64,000 nucleotides of DNA from an uncultured Alistipes sp. (GCA_964519525.1 CAZFIN010000001.1:2532-66531), one strand, 5' to 3'. Positions 1 to 11,239 are shown, counted from the first letter of the stretch. Numbers and translations are program-made. The notes: a model not told the origin generated them from the sequence alone.

Positions 1-623
1 GCTATGATGCCGCGGAACGGATTGAACACCGAGTCGAATATGAGAGCCTGCAACGGCGCGTTCTCGTCGCCTTTCGGAGCCGGGATGCGCGCCACTATGG
101 CCTCCAGCACATCCTCCACGCCCTGCCCCGTCTTTCCCGATGCGAGCAGTATGTCCTCGTCGCGGCAGCCTATCAGGTCGATCACCTGATCCTTCACCTC
201 GTCTATCATGGCCGACTCCACGTCGATCTTGTTCAGCACGGGGATGATCTCCAGATCGTGGCCTATGGCCAGATAGAGGTTCGATATCGTCTGCGCCTGA
301 ATACCCTGCGTGGCATCCACCACCAGCAGCGCACCCTCGCACGAAGCTATGGCGCGCGACACCTCGTAGGAGAAGTCGACATGTCCCGGGGTGTCGATAA
401 GGTTCAGCACATATGTCTGTCCGTCGCGGGCCTTGTACTCCATCTGTATGGCGTGGCTCTTGATGGTGATTCCCTTCTCGCGCTCAAGGTCCATATCGTC
501 CAACACCTGGCTCTGCATCTCGCGCTGATTCAGCGTGTTGGTCCGCTCAAGCAGACGGTCGGCCAGTGTCGATTTTCCGTGATCGATATGGGCTATTATA
601 CAAAAGTTACGTATGTTCTTCAT
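1..623 (-). CDS. lepA: Translation elongation factor 4 (LepA), 5' part; runs off the window
   Basis: Manual translation from ATG at 623: [26 protein letters not shown]...DLERERGITIK-like...[18 protein letters not shown]; not in the ORF track because it is truncated. Confidence 0.96.
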   Translation of the reverse strand, partial: MKNIRNFCIIAHIDHGKSTLADRLLERTNTLNQREMQSQVLDDMDLEREKGITIKSHAIQMEYKARDGQTYVLNLIDTPGHVDFSYEVSRAIASCEGALLVVDATQGIQAQTISNLYLAIGHDLEIIPVLNKIDVESAMIDEVKDQVIDLIGCRDEDILLASGKTGQGVEDVLEAIVARIPAPKGDENAPLQALIFDSVFNPFRGII

Positions 624-949
624 CGCTATGCTTCGTGTAATGTGTGCAAATATACTAAATTTTTCCCAACAAACCGTTCTCCGGCCGCAACACACGCCTG
701 CACACCCGCTTTTGCGGTTCGCGGCGGCCGCCGGCATACGCCGTTTTTCGGACAATTGCCGCCGAGCCGTTCGTCGCCGGCGACGGAATGCCCGGGCCCC
801 GGCGAGTGGCAGTCCGCCGCGTAGGGCGGCGGCGAACCGCGCGACTCCGAGAGTCGCATCGTCTTTTTCATATCTGCGGGTCGCATACCACCTATGCTAT
901 ACTATCTTGATTCCGCCCGTCCGGAATTGCATATCCCCCGCATATTATC

Positions 950-957
950 TATCTTTG
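950..957 (+). promoter_or_regulatory. Bacteroidetes sigma-A -7 element (TAnnTTTG)
   Basis: TATCTTTG ~35 bp upstream of the ATG at 992. Confidence 0.6.
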
Positions 958-991
958 CCGCCGCATAACATCCGATAATAACAACAAGATC

Positions 992-1876
992 ATGAACTCT
1001 GTTTCGAAATACGCCTCGCTGGTGAAATTCGCCCACACCGTATTCGCCATGCCGTTCGCGCTCATGTCGTTCGTCTATGCCCTGCACGGCATCGGTTTCG
1101 GTCAGGCCGAAAACTCGTACCCCTATTGGTGGGCCGCGCTGCTGGTCAAGGTCGTGCTGTGCATGGTGTTCGCCCGCAACGTGGCCATGGGATTCAACCG
1201 CTGGGCCGACCGCGACATCGACGCCGCCAACCCCCGCACCGCCTCGCGCGAGATACCCGCAGGCGTGGTGTCGCCCCGCGCGGCGCTGTGGTTCGTGGGC
1301 ATCAACGCCGTGCTGTTCGTTGCGGCCGCCTCGTCGATAAACGCCCTCACGGCATGGCTGTCGCCCGTGGCGCTGGCCGTCGTCATGTCATACAGCTACT
1401 GCAAGCGGTTCACCTCGCTGGCGCATCTGGTGCTGGGGCTGTCGCTCGCCATAGCGCCCGTCGGCGCCTACATAGCCGTCACCGGCCGCTTCGCGCTCGC
1501 CCCCTGCGTGCTCGCGCTGCTGGTCATGACGTGGTGCGGCGGATTCGACATCATCTACGCCCTTCAGGATCAGGAGTTCGACCGCGCCCACGGCCTGCAC
1601 TCTATTCCGGCGCGCTTCTCCACCGCCACGGCGCTCGGCATCAGCACGGCGCTGCACGCGGTAAGCGCGGCCGCGCTCGCATGGTTCGTGCTGCTGCTGC
1701 CGCGCAGCCTGTGGATCACGACCGGGGCCGCGGCCTTCACCGCCATCCTCATCGCCGAGCACCTGCTGGTCACCCCCACAAGACAGCGGAACATAGGCAT
1801 AGCATTCGGCACGCTGAACGGTCTGGCAAGCCTGCTGCTGGCGGCGCTGGTCATAACCGGTCTGCTCACGGCGTAA
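992..1876 (+). CDS. ubiA: UbiA-family polyprenyltransferase (MqnP-like, menaquinone synthesis)
   Basis: VKFAHTVFAMPFA start, NRWADRDIDAANPRTASREIP and FDIIYALQD Asp-rich motifs, multiple TM helices. Confidence 0.85.
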   Translation: MNSVSKYASLVKFAHTVFAMPFALMSFVYALHGIGFGQAENSYPYWWAALLVKVVLCMVFARNVAMGFNRWADRDIDAANPRTASREIPAGVVSPRAALWFVGINAVLFVAAASSINALTAWLSPVALAVVMSYSYCKRFTSLAHLVLGLSLAIAPVGAYIAVTGRFALAPCVLALLVMTWCGGFDIIYALQDQEFDRAHGLHSIPARFSTATALGISTALHAVSAAALAWFVLLLPRSLWITTGAAAFTAILIAEHLLVTPTRQRNIGIAFGTLNGLASLLLAALVITGLLTA

Positions 1877-1889
1877 AGAAGCTGTCGTC

Positions 1890-2789
1890 ATGTGGCTAAT
1901 ACTCGCATTCATATCGGCCGCGTTGCTGGGCTTCTACGACGTGGCGAAGAAACAGGCGCTGCGCGATAATCCGGTACCCGTCGTCCTGCTGCTCAACACC
2001 CTGTTCTCGTCGCTGCTGTTCCTGCCCGTCATCCTCTCCGGCCAGCTGGGATGGGGATGGTTCGACGGCACACTCTTCGAAACGCACGCGGGCGACGCGC
2101 ACGCGCACCTGCTCATCATCATAAAGTCGGCCATCGTACTGTCGTCGTGGGTATTCGGCTATTTAGGCATAAAGAATCTGCCGCTCACGATCGTAGGCCC
2201 CATCAACGCCACGCGGCCGGTACTGGTGCTCGTCGGCGCGCTGGCCATATTCGGCGAACGCCTCAACCTCCTGCAGTGGACGGGCGTGGCGCTGGCCCTG
2301 CTGTCGCTGTTTCTTCTCAGCCGCTCGGGACGCCGCGAAGGCATCGACTTCACCCACAACGTGTGGATCTACTGCGTGGCCGCGGCCGCCGTACTCGGCG
2401 CCGCGAGCGGACTCTACGACCGCTACATAATGCGCCAGCTGCCGCCGCTGTTCGTGCAGGGCTGGTACAACATCTACCAGCTGGGCATGATGGCCGCGGC
2501 CGTGGGCATCATCCATGTCGCACGCCGCGGCGATACGGCCCGGTTCCACTGGTCGTGGGCCATTCCGATGATCTCGCTGCTGCTCTCGGCGGCCGATCTG
2601 GCCTACTTCGTGGCGCTCGGCGACGACGGGGCCATGATCTCGGTCGTGTCGATGATACGCCGCGGTTCGGTGGCGGTATCGTTCGCCTGCGGCGCCGTGC
2701 TGTTCCGCGAACGCAACCTGCGGGCGAAAGCGGCCGATCTGGCGTTCATCCTCATCGGCATGATATTTTTGTACTTCGGCAGCCGATAA
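1890..2789 (+). CDS. EamA/DMT family transporter
   Basis: 299 aa, ~10 hydrophobic segments, duplicated FGERLN / LFRERNL motifs. Confidence 0.85.
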   Translation: MWLILAFISAALLGFYDVAKKQALRDNPVPVVLLLNTLFSSLLFLPVILSGQLGWGWFDGTLFETHAGDAHAHLLIIIKSAIVLSSWVFGYLGIKNLPLTIVGPINATRPVLVLVGALAIFGERLNLLQWTGVALALLSLFLLSRSGRREGIDFTHNVWIYCVAAAAVLGAASGLYDRYIMRQLPPLFVQGWYNIYQLGMMAAAVGIIHVARRGDTARFHWSWAIPMISLLLSAADLAYFVALGDDGAMISVVSMIRRGSVAVSFACGAVLFRERNLRAKAADLAFILIGMIFLYFGSR

Positions 2790-2860
2790 TTCGGCCGTCA
2801 TTGACGAAAAATTAGTATCTTTGTCCGTATTTACCCGAATTTTAACAAAACATACATATC

Positions 2861-5326
2861 ATGGAGATATCTTTCAACTGGCTGAAGAAGTATATCGACA
2901 CCGATCTCTCGGCCGAGCAGATCGCCGCCGTCCTCACCGACATAGGGCTCGAAGTGGAGGACTTCCGCAAGATAGAGACCATCCGCGGCGGACTGGCCGG
3001 AGTGGTGGTCGGCGAGGTTCTCACGTGCGAGGACCATCCCGATTCCGACCATCTGCACGTAACGACGGTCGACGTGGGCGGCGAGGCTCCGCTCAACATC
3101 GTATGCGGCGCTCCCAACTGCCGCAAGGGACTCAAGGTGCTGTGCGCCACGGTGGGCGCCGTGCTCTATCCCAACGGCGGCGACGAGGAGTTCAAGATCA
3201 AGCGCAGCAAGATACGCGGCGTCGAGTCGCTCGGCATGCTGTGCGCCGAGGACGAGCTGGGCATCGGCTCCGACCATGCCGGCATCATGGAGCTTCCGGC
3301 CGACGCACCCGTGGGCATGCCCGCCCGCGAATACCTCAACGTGAAGGACGACTATCTGATCGGCATAGGACTCACCCCCAACCGTGTCGACGCGGCCTCG
3401 CACATAGGCGTGGCGCGCGATCTGGCCGCCTACCTGCGCAGCCGCGGCAAGGATGTGCGGGTGAATATGCCGCCGGTGGACGCCTTCGCCGTCGACAACC
3501 ACGACATGCCGATAGAGATCACCGTCGAGAATCCCGCCGCGGCTCCCCGCTACACGGGCGTGACCGTCACCGGCTGCAAGATAGCGCCCTCGCCCGAATG
3601 GATGCAGAACGAGCTGCGCGCCGCAGGCATCAACCCCAAGAACAATCTGGTCGACATAACCAACTACGTACTCTTCGAGCTGGGACAGCCCCTGCACGCA
3701 TTCGACGCCGACAGGATCGAGGGCCGCAAGGTGGTGGTCAGGAACTGCCCCGAGGGCACTCCGTTCGTAACGCTCGACGGTGTCGAGCGCAAGCTCTCGG
3801 CCGAGGACCTCATGATATGCTCGGCCGAGCGCCCCATGTGCATCGGCGGCGTGTTCGGCGGGCTCGACTCGGGCATCAGCGACACCACGGTAAACGTATT
3901 TCTCGAGAGCGCATATTTCAACCCCGTGTCGATCCGCAAATCGGCCAAGCGTCACGGCCTGAACACCGACGCCTCGTTCCGCTTCGAGCGCGGCATCGAC
4001 CCCAACATGCAGATCTACGCGCTCAAGCGTGCCGCACTGCTGATGAAGGAGCTTGCCGGCGGCGCCATATCGAGCGAGATCACCGACATATGCGCGGCTC
4101 CGGCCGAAGATTTCGTGTTCGACATATCGTTCGCGCGCATCGACTCGCTCATAGGCAAGCACATTCCCGAGCAGACGGTCCGCACGATACTCGATGCGCT
4201 GGAGGTGAAGATCACCGCCGAGTGCGACGGCACGCTGACGGTGGCCGTACCGCCCTACCGCGTCGACGTACGCCGCGAGGCCGATCTGATCGAGGAGATT
4301 CTGCGCATCTACGGCTACAACAACGTCGAACTGCCGCAGAGCGTGCACTCGACGCTCTCGTACGCACCGAAGCCCGACAAGAACAAGCTGGTCAACACGG
4401 CATCCGATTTCCTCTCGGCCAACGGCTACACCGAGATCATGTCGAACTCGCTCACCAAGGGCGCCTACTACGACAATCTCACTTCATACAAGGCCGAGAA
4501 CTGCGTGCGCATACTCAACCCGCTCAGCGCCGACCTCAACGTCATGCGCCAGACGCTGCTGTTCAACATGCTGGAGGCCGTCGAGCTGAACGTCAACCAC
4601 CGCAACGGCGACCTGAAGCTCTACGAGCTGGGCAACTGCTACTTCCTCGACGCGGCTACGGCCGACGCCGACAAGCCGCTGGCCAAGTACAGCGAGAAGT
4701 ACCGCATGGCCATAGCCGTCACCGGAGCCGACGCCACCCCTTCGTGGAACGTGAAGGCCGCGCAGACGTCGTTCTACACGCTGCGCGCCGCCGTGGAGCG
4801 ACTGCTCGCACGCTTCGGCATCGACCTCAACTCGCTCCGCAGCCAGAGTCTGCAAAGCGACCTGTTCTCGGATGCCATAGTCTGCATGCAAGGCAACAGG
4901 GAGGTGATACAGATGGGCGTAGTATCGCCCGCACTGCGCCGCATGTTCGACCTGAAACAGCCGGTGTATTTCGCCGAGATAGATTTCGACCTCATAGTGA
5001 AGGCCGCCAAGAAACACAACATAACGGTAACCGAGCTGTCGAAGTTCCCCGAGGTGAAACGCGATCTGGCCCTGCTGGTCGACAAGAGCGTGACGTTCTC
5101 GCAGCTGCGCGACATAGCCTTCGCCACCGAAAAGAAACTCCTCAAGCGCGTGACCCTGTTCGACGTCTACGAGGGTGACAAACTCCCCGAAGGCAAGAAG
5201 TCATACGCATTAGGCTTCACGCTGGAGGACAAGACGCAGACGCTTAACGACAAGGCGATAGAGAAGGTGATGAACAATCTCACCCGCCAGCTGGAGACCC
5301 GCGCCGGAGCACAGATACGCTCGTAG
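2861..5326 (+). CDS. pheT: Phenylalanine--tRNA ligase beta subunit
   Basis: ISFNWLK start, HPDSDHL, IVCGAPN, LTPNR, ELGQPLHAFD, FERG, FDVYEG anticodon-binding domain. Confidence 0.98.
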   Translation: MEISFNWLKKYIDTDLSAEQIAAVLTDIGLEVEDFRKIETIRGGLAGVVVGEVLTCEDHPDSDHLHVTTVDVGGEAPLNIVCGAPNCRKGLKVLCATVGAVLYPNGGDEEFKIKRSKIRGVESLGMLCAEDELGIGSDHAGIMELPADAPVGMPAREYLNVKDDYLIGIGLTPNRVDAASHIGVARDLAAYLRSRGKDVRVNMPPVDAFAVDNHDMPIEITVENPAAAPRYTGVTVTGCKIAPSPEWMQNELRAAGINPKNNLVDITNYVLFELGQPLHAFDADRIEGRKVVVRNCPEGTPFVTLDGVERKLSAEDLMICSAERPMCIGGVFGGLDSGISDTTVNVFLESAYFNPVSIRKSAKRHGLNTDASFRFERGIDPNMQIYALKRAALLMKELAGGAISSEITDICAAPAEDFVFDISFARIDSLIGKHIPEQTVRTILDALEVKITAECDGTLTVAVPPYRVDVRREADLIEEILRIYGYNNVELPQSVHSTLSYAPKPDKNKLVNTASDFLSANGYTEIMSNSLTKGAYYDNLTSYKAENCVRILNPLSADLNVMRQTLLFNMLEAVELNVNHRNGDLKLYELGNCYFLDAATADADKPLAKYSEKYRMAIAVTGADATPSWNVKAAQTSFYTLRAAVERLLARFGIDLNSLRSQSLQSDLFSDAIVCMQGNREVIQMGVVSPALRRMFDLKQPVYFAEIDFDLIVKAAKKHNITVTELSKFPEVKRDLALLVDKSVTFSQLRDIAFATEKKLLKRVTLFDVYEGDKLPEGKKSYALGFTLEDKTQTLNDKAIEKVMNNLTRQLETRAGAQIRS

Positions 5327-5349
5327 GCTCACCTCCGCCATTCAAAAAC

Positions 5350-5384
5350 GCCACAGCCGGATCCCGAAAGGATCCGGCTGTGGC
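5350..5384. terminator. Hairpin between convergent pheT and GH20 genes (likely bidirectional terminator)
   Basis: GCCACAGCCGGATCC-CGAAA-GGATCCGGCTGTGGC, perfect 15-bp stem. Confidence 0.8.
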
Positions 5385-5411
5385 ATTTCAACCATACGGC
5401 ATGAACCGGCC

Positions 5412-7583
5412 TTACAGCTTCGGGAACACCATCGGGGCCTGCACCGTCACGAATGCCGCACCGTTGCCGTCGGTGGTGCACACCACACGCACGGCCTTTA
5501 TCGGACGCGGCGGATTGTCGATCGCGCCTCCGCCGTTCGTCAGCTCGCACACGCGGCGGAAGGTGCGTCCGTCCTCGCTCACCTCCATGTACCCCGAATT
5601 GAATATGTAGCGCGGAAGCTGCAGATTGCCGGTACGCACCTCCAGCCGGCGGCACGTCACCGGGTTCTCGAACGTATACATGATCCAGTCGCCCGCCCGC
5701 GACGTGCGCGACGTACGCGCTATGCGGCCGTACCCCTCGGCATTGGAATAGGGGAAACGCTCGCTCTGCGGCACCGACGCCGTGATCGTCACCTTGGGCT
5801 GCAGCATGCGGAACCGCCCCGCCACCCCCGCTTCGGGGCTGTGCGCGCCGCCGTAGACGCTGCGGAACGAATAGCGCTGCGGCCGGTCGGTAGTGATCGG
5901 ACCGTCGTAGGGATGCTCTCCCTCCTCGCCCGCTACCTTATAATATATACGCGACCGGTCGTCCACCGACGCCGCAAGCACGCCGTCGGCATACTTCACC
6001 TCGGGCGGGAACAGCCGGAACCCTATTCCCATAGCCGCCATGCGGCTGTAATGGCTGCCCGCAAGCCGGGCGTAGAACTCCTCCCAGCCGTCGCTGCGGC
6101 CGCGCCACGCCAGTTCGCCGAGCGCACAGATGCGCGGATAGGTCTGATAATAGAGGAAGTCGGAATCGTCATCGCGGTGCGACAGATACACCTCGCTCCA
6201 GAAATTGGCCTGCAATCCGGCCACGTTGCGCATCTCGGCCTCGGTGAATCCCTGTCCGGCGAAATCGAACGACAGGCATTTGCGCACGTCGAAGATTCCC
6301 GCCCAGTCGTGACCGGCCTCGCGCGCACTCTGGCGCATGTCGAAGTAGAAATAGGCACCGGGCAGCACCACGGTCGAATATCCCTCGGCCGCGGCCTTGC
6401 GGCACGCCGCCACACTCTCCCATCCGTAAACGCGCGCCTTGCGGGTGAGCGTGCCCGAGTTTATCGCCTCGTTCCACACGCACGGCACCTTGCCGTGACG
6501 CTCCACCGTCTGCGCCACGCGGTTCATGAACCACGCCTGCAGGTCGGCACCGCTCTTCATGCCGTGTGCCGCCATCAGGGCCTTGCAGTCGGGGCACGAC
6601 ATCCACTGCGAGGCATCCACCTCGTCGCCGCCTATGTGTATGAACGGCGAGGCGAACACTCCGGCCAGCTCGCCTATCACGTCGTCCAGCAGCCCGTAGT
6701 TGCTCTCTTTCGCCACGCACAGCACATTGCGCGTATCGTAGCCGTCCGACGCCTTGAGCGACGGTGTGTAGCCGCACAACACCTCGGGATGCACGCTCGC
6801 CAGATCGAGGCTGTGGCCGGGCAGGTCGATCTCGGGTATGATCTCGATGTTGCGCACGGCGGCATACTCCACCACCCCGCGCATCTGCTCCTGCGTGTAG
6901 AACCCGCCGTAACGCTCGTCCCACCGCCCGTAGCGCGGCGCCACGGGCGAGTCGCCGCCGCGGAATCCGCCCGTCTCAGCCAGTTCGGGGTGCGACTTTA
7001 TCTCGATGCGCCACGCCTCGTCGTCGGACAGATGCAGGTGCAGTTTGTTTATCTTGTGATGGGCCAGATTGTCGATGAAACGCTTCAGTTCGTCGACCTC
7101 CACCCACGTGCGGCACACGTCGAGCATGAACCCGCGGTAGGCGAAGCGCGGGGCGTCGTCCACACGGCAGGCCCCGACCATGACCGGCAGCTCCATCCCG
7201 TGCGAATAGACCTTCGCGGGCAGCAGCTGCAGCAGCGTCTCGATGCCGTTCAGCACGCCCGCGGCCGTGCCGCCCTCTATCCCGATGCCGTCGGCACCCA
7301 CTGTGAGCGAATATGCCTCCGGATCCATATTTTTATTCGTCTTCAGCACAATATTTCCCGTCTCTCCGCCGTTGTATTCATGAACCGACAGCGGAACATA
7401 CTCCGCGAGGTACATTGCCAAGGGGCGGAGTTCAGGGTAGTGTGTAATCTTAGTTGTTGTTAGTATGGTAAATACTCCGTCCCTTTTCTTATAATCCCGC
7501 GGCGCGGGGATTATGTCGGCGGCTGCGGCCGCAAATGTCAGCGCCAACGCCGAAATCACGGAAAAAACATGCTTCATTCTCAT
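5412..7583 (-). CDS. Beta-N-acetylhexosaminidase (GH20), secreted
   Basis: Signal peptide, DAPRFAYRGFMLD, HLHLSDDEAWR, IPEIDLPGH, catalytic HIGGDE. Confidence 0.93.
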   Translation of the reverse strand: MRMKHVFSVISALALTFAAAAADIIPAPRDYKKRDGVFTILTTTKITHYPELRPLAMYLAEYVPLSVHEYNGGETGNIVLKTNKNMDPEAYSLTVGADGIGIEGGTAAGVLNGIETLLQLLPAKVYSHGMELPVMVGACRVDDAPRFAYRGFMLDVCRTWVEVDELKRFIDNLAHHKINKLHLHLSDDEAWRIEIKSHPELAETGGFRGGDSPVAPRYGRWDERYGGFYTQEQMRGVVEYAAVRNIEIIPEIDLPGHSLDLASVHPEVLCGYTPSLKASDGYDTRNVLCVAKESNYGLLDDVIGELAGVFASPFIHIGGDEVDASQWMSCPDCKALMAAHGMKSGADLQAWFMNRVAQTVERHGKVPCVWNEAINSGTLTRKARVYGWESVAACRKAAAEGYSTVVLPGAYFYFDMRQSAREAGHDWAGIFDVRKCLSFDFAGQGFTEAEMRNVAGLQANFWSEVYLSHRDDDSDFLYYQTYPRICALGELAWRGRSDGWEEFYARLAGSHYSRMAAMGIGFRLFPPEVKYADGVLAASVDDRSRIYYKVAGEEGEHPYDGPITTDRPQRYSFRSVYGGAHSPEAGVAGRFRMLQPKVTITASVPQSERFPYSNAEGYGRIARTSRTSRAGDWIMYTFENPVTCRRLEVRTGNLQLPRYIFNSGYMEVSEDGRTFRRVCELTNGGGAIDNPPRPIKAVRVVCTTDGNGAAFVTVQAPMVFPKL

Positions 7584-7664
7584 GGTTCGAAAAAATTATT
7601 CTCTACAAAGTTACTATTTCCGGCGGAAAATCATAACTTTGTAAAACATAATCGGAATTCAGAC

Positions 7665-8453
7665 ATGAACGAACAAAAGAAACTCAAGGCCGCCGAAAGG
7701 CTGCTGGAGGTTATGGATACCCTTCGCGTAAAATGTCCGTGGGACCGTGAACAGACTTTCGAATCGCTGAGAAACAACACGATAGAGGAGACATACGAAC
7801 TCATCGACGCCATAGCCGACAACGACATGGCCGGCATCAAGGAGGAGCTGGGCGACCTGTTGCTGCACGTCATTTTCTACTCGAAACTGGGCGAGGAGCA
7901 GGGAGCGTTCGACTTCGGCGACGTGGCCGACGCCGAATGCGACAAACTGATCTACCGCCATCCGCACGTTTACAGCGACATCCATGCCGACACGCCCGAC
8001 GAGGTGACCAAGAACTGGGAGGCGCTCAAGCTGCGCAAGAAGAACCGCAAGGGCGGAATCCTCGGCGGAGTGCCGCGTTCGCTGCCCGCCATGGTGAAGG
8101 CCTACCGCATAGGCGAGAAAGCCGCCAACTCGGGATTCGACTGGGAGCAGAAGCAGGACGTGTGGGCCAAGGTCAGGGAGGAGATAGCCGAGGTGGAGGC
8201 CGAGATGGAGAACCGCGACGCCGACCGTACCGCCGAGGAGGTGGGCGACCTCTTCTTCTCGCTGGTGAACATGTGCCGGCTCTACGGCATCGACCCCGAG
8301 CTCGCGCTCGAACGCGCCAACCGCAAGTTCATCGCGCGTTTCAACCGCATGGAACAGGCTGCCGGGAACGACGGCCGTATGTTCACCGACATGTCGGCCG
8401 AGGAGCTGGACGCGCTGTGGCGCCGGGCCAAGCTGGAGGATGCGACAGAATGA
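7665..8453 (+). CDS. mazG: Nucleoside triphosphate pyrophosphohydrolase MazG
   Basis: CPWDREQT, EETYEL, EELGDLL, KLIYRHPHV, second EEVGDL repeat; start placed at ATG 7665 after TAACTTTG (7634-7641). Confidence 0.95.
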   Translation: MNEQKKLKAAERLLEVMDTLRVKCPWDREQTFESLRNNTIEETYELIDAIADNDMAGIKEELGDLLLHVIFYSKLGEEQGAFDFGDVADAECDKLIYRHPHVYSDIHADTPDEVTKNWEALKLRKKNRKGGILGGVPRSLPAMVKAYRIGEKAANSGFDWEQKQDVWAKVREEIAEVEAEMENRDADRTAEEVGDLFFSLVNMCRLYGIDPELALERANRKFIARFNRMEQAAGNDGRMFTDMSAEELDALWRRAKLEDATE

Positions 8454-8482
8454 CATTGTAGAATTTTAACGATAACTGACAA

Positions 8483-9007
8483 ATGGCATACATCAAGGAG
8501 ATACGCGGCCACACGCCCGAGATAGGCGAGGACACCTTCCTCGCCGAGACGGCCGCCGTCATAGGCGACGTGAAGATAGGACGCGACTGCTCGATATGGT
8601 TCAACGCCGTGCTGCGCGGCGACGTGAACTCGATAACCATAGGCGACCGCACCAACATACAGGACGGCGCGGTGATACACACCCTCTACGACGGCTCGCC
8701 CCACCCCTCGCAGACGCACATCGGCAACGACGTGTCCGTGGGCCACAACGCCACCATACACGGCGCCACCATCGAGGACGAGTGTCTGATAGGCATGGGA
8801 TCGACCATACTCGACAACGCCGTGGTGGGCTCGGGCTGCATCGTGGCTGCCGGCGCGCTCGTGCTCTCGGGCGCAAGGCTCGAACCCAACTCGCTGTATG
8901 CCGGCGTGCCGGCCAAAAGGATCCGCGAGGTTACGCCCGAACAGCGCGAACAGATCGTGAAACGCACGGCACGCGACTACCGCCTCTACGCCTCGTGGTA
9001 CAAGTAG
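8483..9007 (+). CDS. Gamma carbonic anhydrase family protein (YrdA/CaiE-like)
   Basis: Hexapeptide repeats, VLRGDVN, NIQDGAVIH, VGHNATIHG. Confidence 0.92.
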   Translation: MAYIKEIRGHTPEIGEDTFLAETAAVIGDVKIGRDCSIWFNAVLRGDVNSITIGDRTNIQDGAVIHTLYDGSPHPSQTHIGNDVSVGHNATIHGATIEDECLIGMGSTILDNAVVGSGCIVAAGALVLSGARLEPNSLYAGVPAKRIREVTPEQREQIVKRTARDYRLYASWYK

Positions 9008-9074
9008 GCAGACATACTCACAAGGACTGAAGACACCGACACGACCCCGAAAAAAGACCGAAATCCGTTACGCC

Positions 9075-10463
9075 ATGAACAGAAGCCTGAAACTTAAAAA
9101 TTTGGCGAATATGATCAAGCTGAAGCACAAACGATCGACCGGCGTACTGAACCTGCTGATAGCCATTGCCATCACGCTCATGGTGAACTTCTCGTACCTG
9201 CTGTCGATGATGGTCGAACGGCGCGAGAACAACGACCAGCGGGGCAAAACCGAGCAACCCGAGTTCCGCAAGCCCGAGCGTTCGGGCACGCTGCGCCTCT
9301 CGTGCGACGGATACGGATACCTTCTGTGCGACACTGCGGCGGAGCCCGACGCCAACGGCTTGCAACGCACCGACAGCGTGTTCGTGAACAACAGAAAGGT
9401 GAAGTGGTATAACCTGCACGACGGCGACGAACTGCTGTGCACGATATTTCCGCGGCGCGGCGACGCAAATCCCGCCCTCGACGAGGTGCTGCGCCAGAAT
9501 GGCAACGACATAAACGCTCCGGTGATCTTCGACCGCCCCAAGCGCGATCAGGACATGGCGGTGCAGCTGCTTTACTACTTCCTGCTGTCGTATCTGCTGA
9601 TGACGGTGATGACGGTCCGCATCGACAAAGCCAATTTCCGCACGCGCAACTACCTGCAACGCTGCGCGCTGGTCATAGCTGCCACATTCGTGTGCTACTT
9701 CTTCGCGCCGGTTATCAACTGGCAGACGGGCAAGGTGATGACGATCTTCCGCCACGAGCACATGTTCCTCGACTTCATCGTGATACTGAAATGCACCGTG
9801 GTGCTGGCCATAGCCGTGCTCTACGGCCGCATATACAGCCTGCTCTACCGCCAGCAGCAGATACTGCTGGAGAACGAACACCTGCGCAACGAGAATCTGC
9901 AGACGCAGTACAACATGCTGATGGGACAGATCAGCCCCCACTTCTTCTTCAACTCGCTCAACTCGCTGGCCATGCTCGTGCGCGAGGACGACACGGAGAA
10001 GGCTCTGGCCTACATCGACCAGCTGTCGTACACGTTCCGCTACATAATCCAGAACGGACAGGAGACCAAATCGACGCTCGACGAGGAGATCGCGTTCGCA
10101 CGCGCCTACGGCGAGCTGTTCAAGGTGAGGTATGCCGACAAGCTGTTCTTCGACATCGACACCGACGCGCAGTACGACAAATGGACCCTGCCGGCTCTGT
10201 CGCTGCAGCCGCTGATCGGCAATGCCGTCAAGCACAACACCATCACGCGCAAGCAGCCGTTCCACGTGTCGATACGCACCGAAGGGCCGGTGCTGGTGGT
10301 ATCGAACCGCAAATGTCCCAAGCTCGAACCCGAGCCGAGCACCGGCATAGGACTGACCAACCTGCGCAGCCGCTGGAAGCTCATAACGGGCGACGATATT
10401 GAAATAATCGAGACCGACCGCGATTTCACCGTGCGTCTGCCTCTGCAAAAACCTATTGTGTGA
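9075..10463 (+). CDS. LytS-type sensor histidine kinase
   Basis: TM helices, QISPHFFFNSLNSL, LQPLIGNAVKHN, STGIGLTNL. Confidence 0.93.
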   Translation: MNRSLKLKNLANMIKLKHKRSTGVLNLLIAIAITLMVNFSYLLSMMVERRENNDQRGKTEQPEFRKPERSGTLRLSCDGYGYLLCDTAAEPDANGLQRTDSVFVNNRKVKWYNLHDGDELLCTIFPRRGDANPALDEVLRQNGNDINAPVIFDRPKRDQDMAVQLLYYFLLSYLLMTVMTVRIDKANFRTRNYLQRCALVIAATFVCYFFAPVINWQTGKVMTIFRHEHMFLDFIVILKCTVVLAIAVLYGRIYSLLYRQQQILLENEHLRNENLQTQYNMLMGQISPHFFFNSLNSLAMLVREDDTEKALAYIDQLSYTFRYIIQNGQETKSTLDEEIAFARAYGELFKVRYADKLFFDIDTDAQYDKWTLPALSLQPLIGNAVKHNTITRKQPFHVSIRTEGPVLVVSNRKCPKLEPEPSTGIGLTNLRSRWKLITGDDIEIIETDRDFTVRLPLQKPIV

Positions 10464-11239
10464 TGAATGTTCTGATCGTGGAGGACGAAACGGCCGCTGC
10501 CGTCAACCTCAAGGCGATACTGCGCTCGGTAGCGCCCGACTACAACGTGATAGCCGTCATGGAGAGCATCGAGGAGACGGTGGACTACTTCCGCGACGGA
10601 GCCTCCGTCGTGCCCGATCTCGTATTCATGGACATTCATCTGGCCGACGGCGAGTCATTCCGCATATTCGACTCGGTGGACATAACCTCGCCGATAATAT
10701 TCACCACCGCCTACGACGAATACGCCCTGCGCGCCTTCAAGGTCAACAGCATCGACTACCTGCTGAAGCCCATCAAGGCCGACGACATGCGGCATGCCAT
10801 CGAGAAGTTCGCCCGTCTGAGCGGAACGGAGCGCAGCAGCTACAAGAACCGGGTCGACACGATGATCGAGACCTCGAAGCGCGACAGCCAGCGCGTGTTC
10901 CTCGTGCACTACAAGGACAAGATCATCCCGCTGAACATCGACGACGTGGCATACTTCTACACCTCGAACGAGAAAGTGACCGCCTCGACCTACTCCGGCG
11001 AGAAGTACGCCATCGACCGCACGCTCGAAATGCTGCAGGGCTCGCTTCCCGAGGCGGAGTTCTTCCGTGCCAACCGCCAGTTCATCATCTCGCGCAAGGC
11101 CGTGAAGGACATAGCCGTATGGTTCGGCAGCCGTCTGTCGCTCAACCTTACTGTCGAAATCCCCGAGAAGATCATAATATCGAAAGCGCGCGTACCCGAA
11201 TTCAAGCAGTGGCTCACGTCGGTTCACCCCGCCAATTAG
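10463..11239 (+). CDS. LytTR family response regulator
   Basis: IVEDE, FMDIHL, FTTAYDEYA, DYLLKP receiver domain; FFRANRQ LytTR domain. Confidence 0.95.
   Translation: MNVLIVEDETAAAVNLKAILRSVAPDYNVIAVMESIEETVDYFRDGASVVPDLVFMDIHLADGESFRIFDSVDITSPIIFTTAYDEYALRAFKVNSIDYLLKPIKADDMRHAIEKFARLSGTERSSYKNRVDTMIETSKRDSQRVFLVHYKDKIIPLNIDDVAYFYTSNEKVTASTYSGEKYAIDRTLEMLQGSLPEAEFFRANRQFIISRKAVKDIAVWFGSRLSLNLTVEIPEKIIISKARVPEFKQWLTSVHPAN

Noticed and set aside
2821-5178. 785-aa Arg-rich ORF, and similar long alternative-frame ORFs at 26053-27954, 17060-18940 and 5841-7463
   Set aside because: Alternative-frame or antisense shadows of well-supported genes
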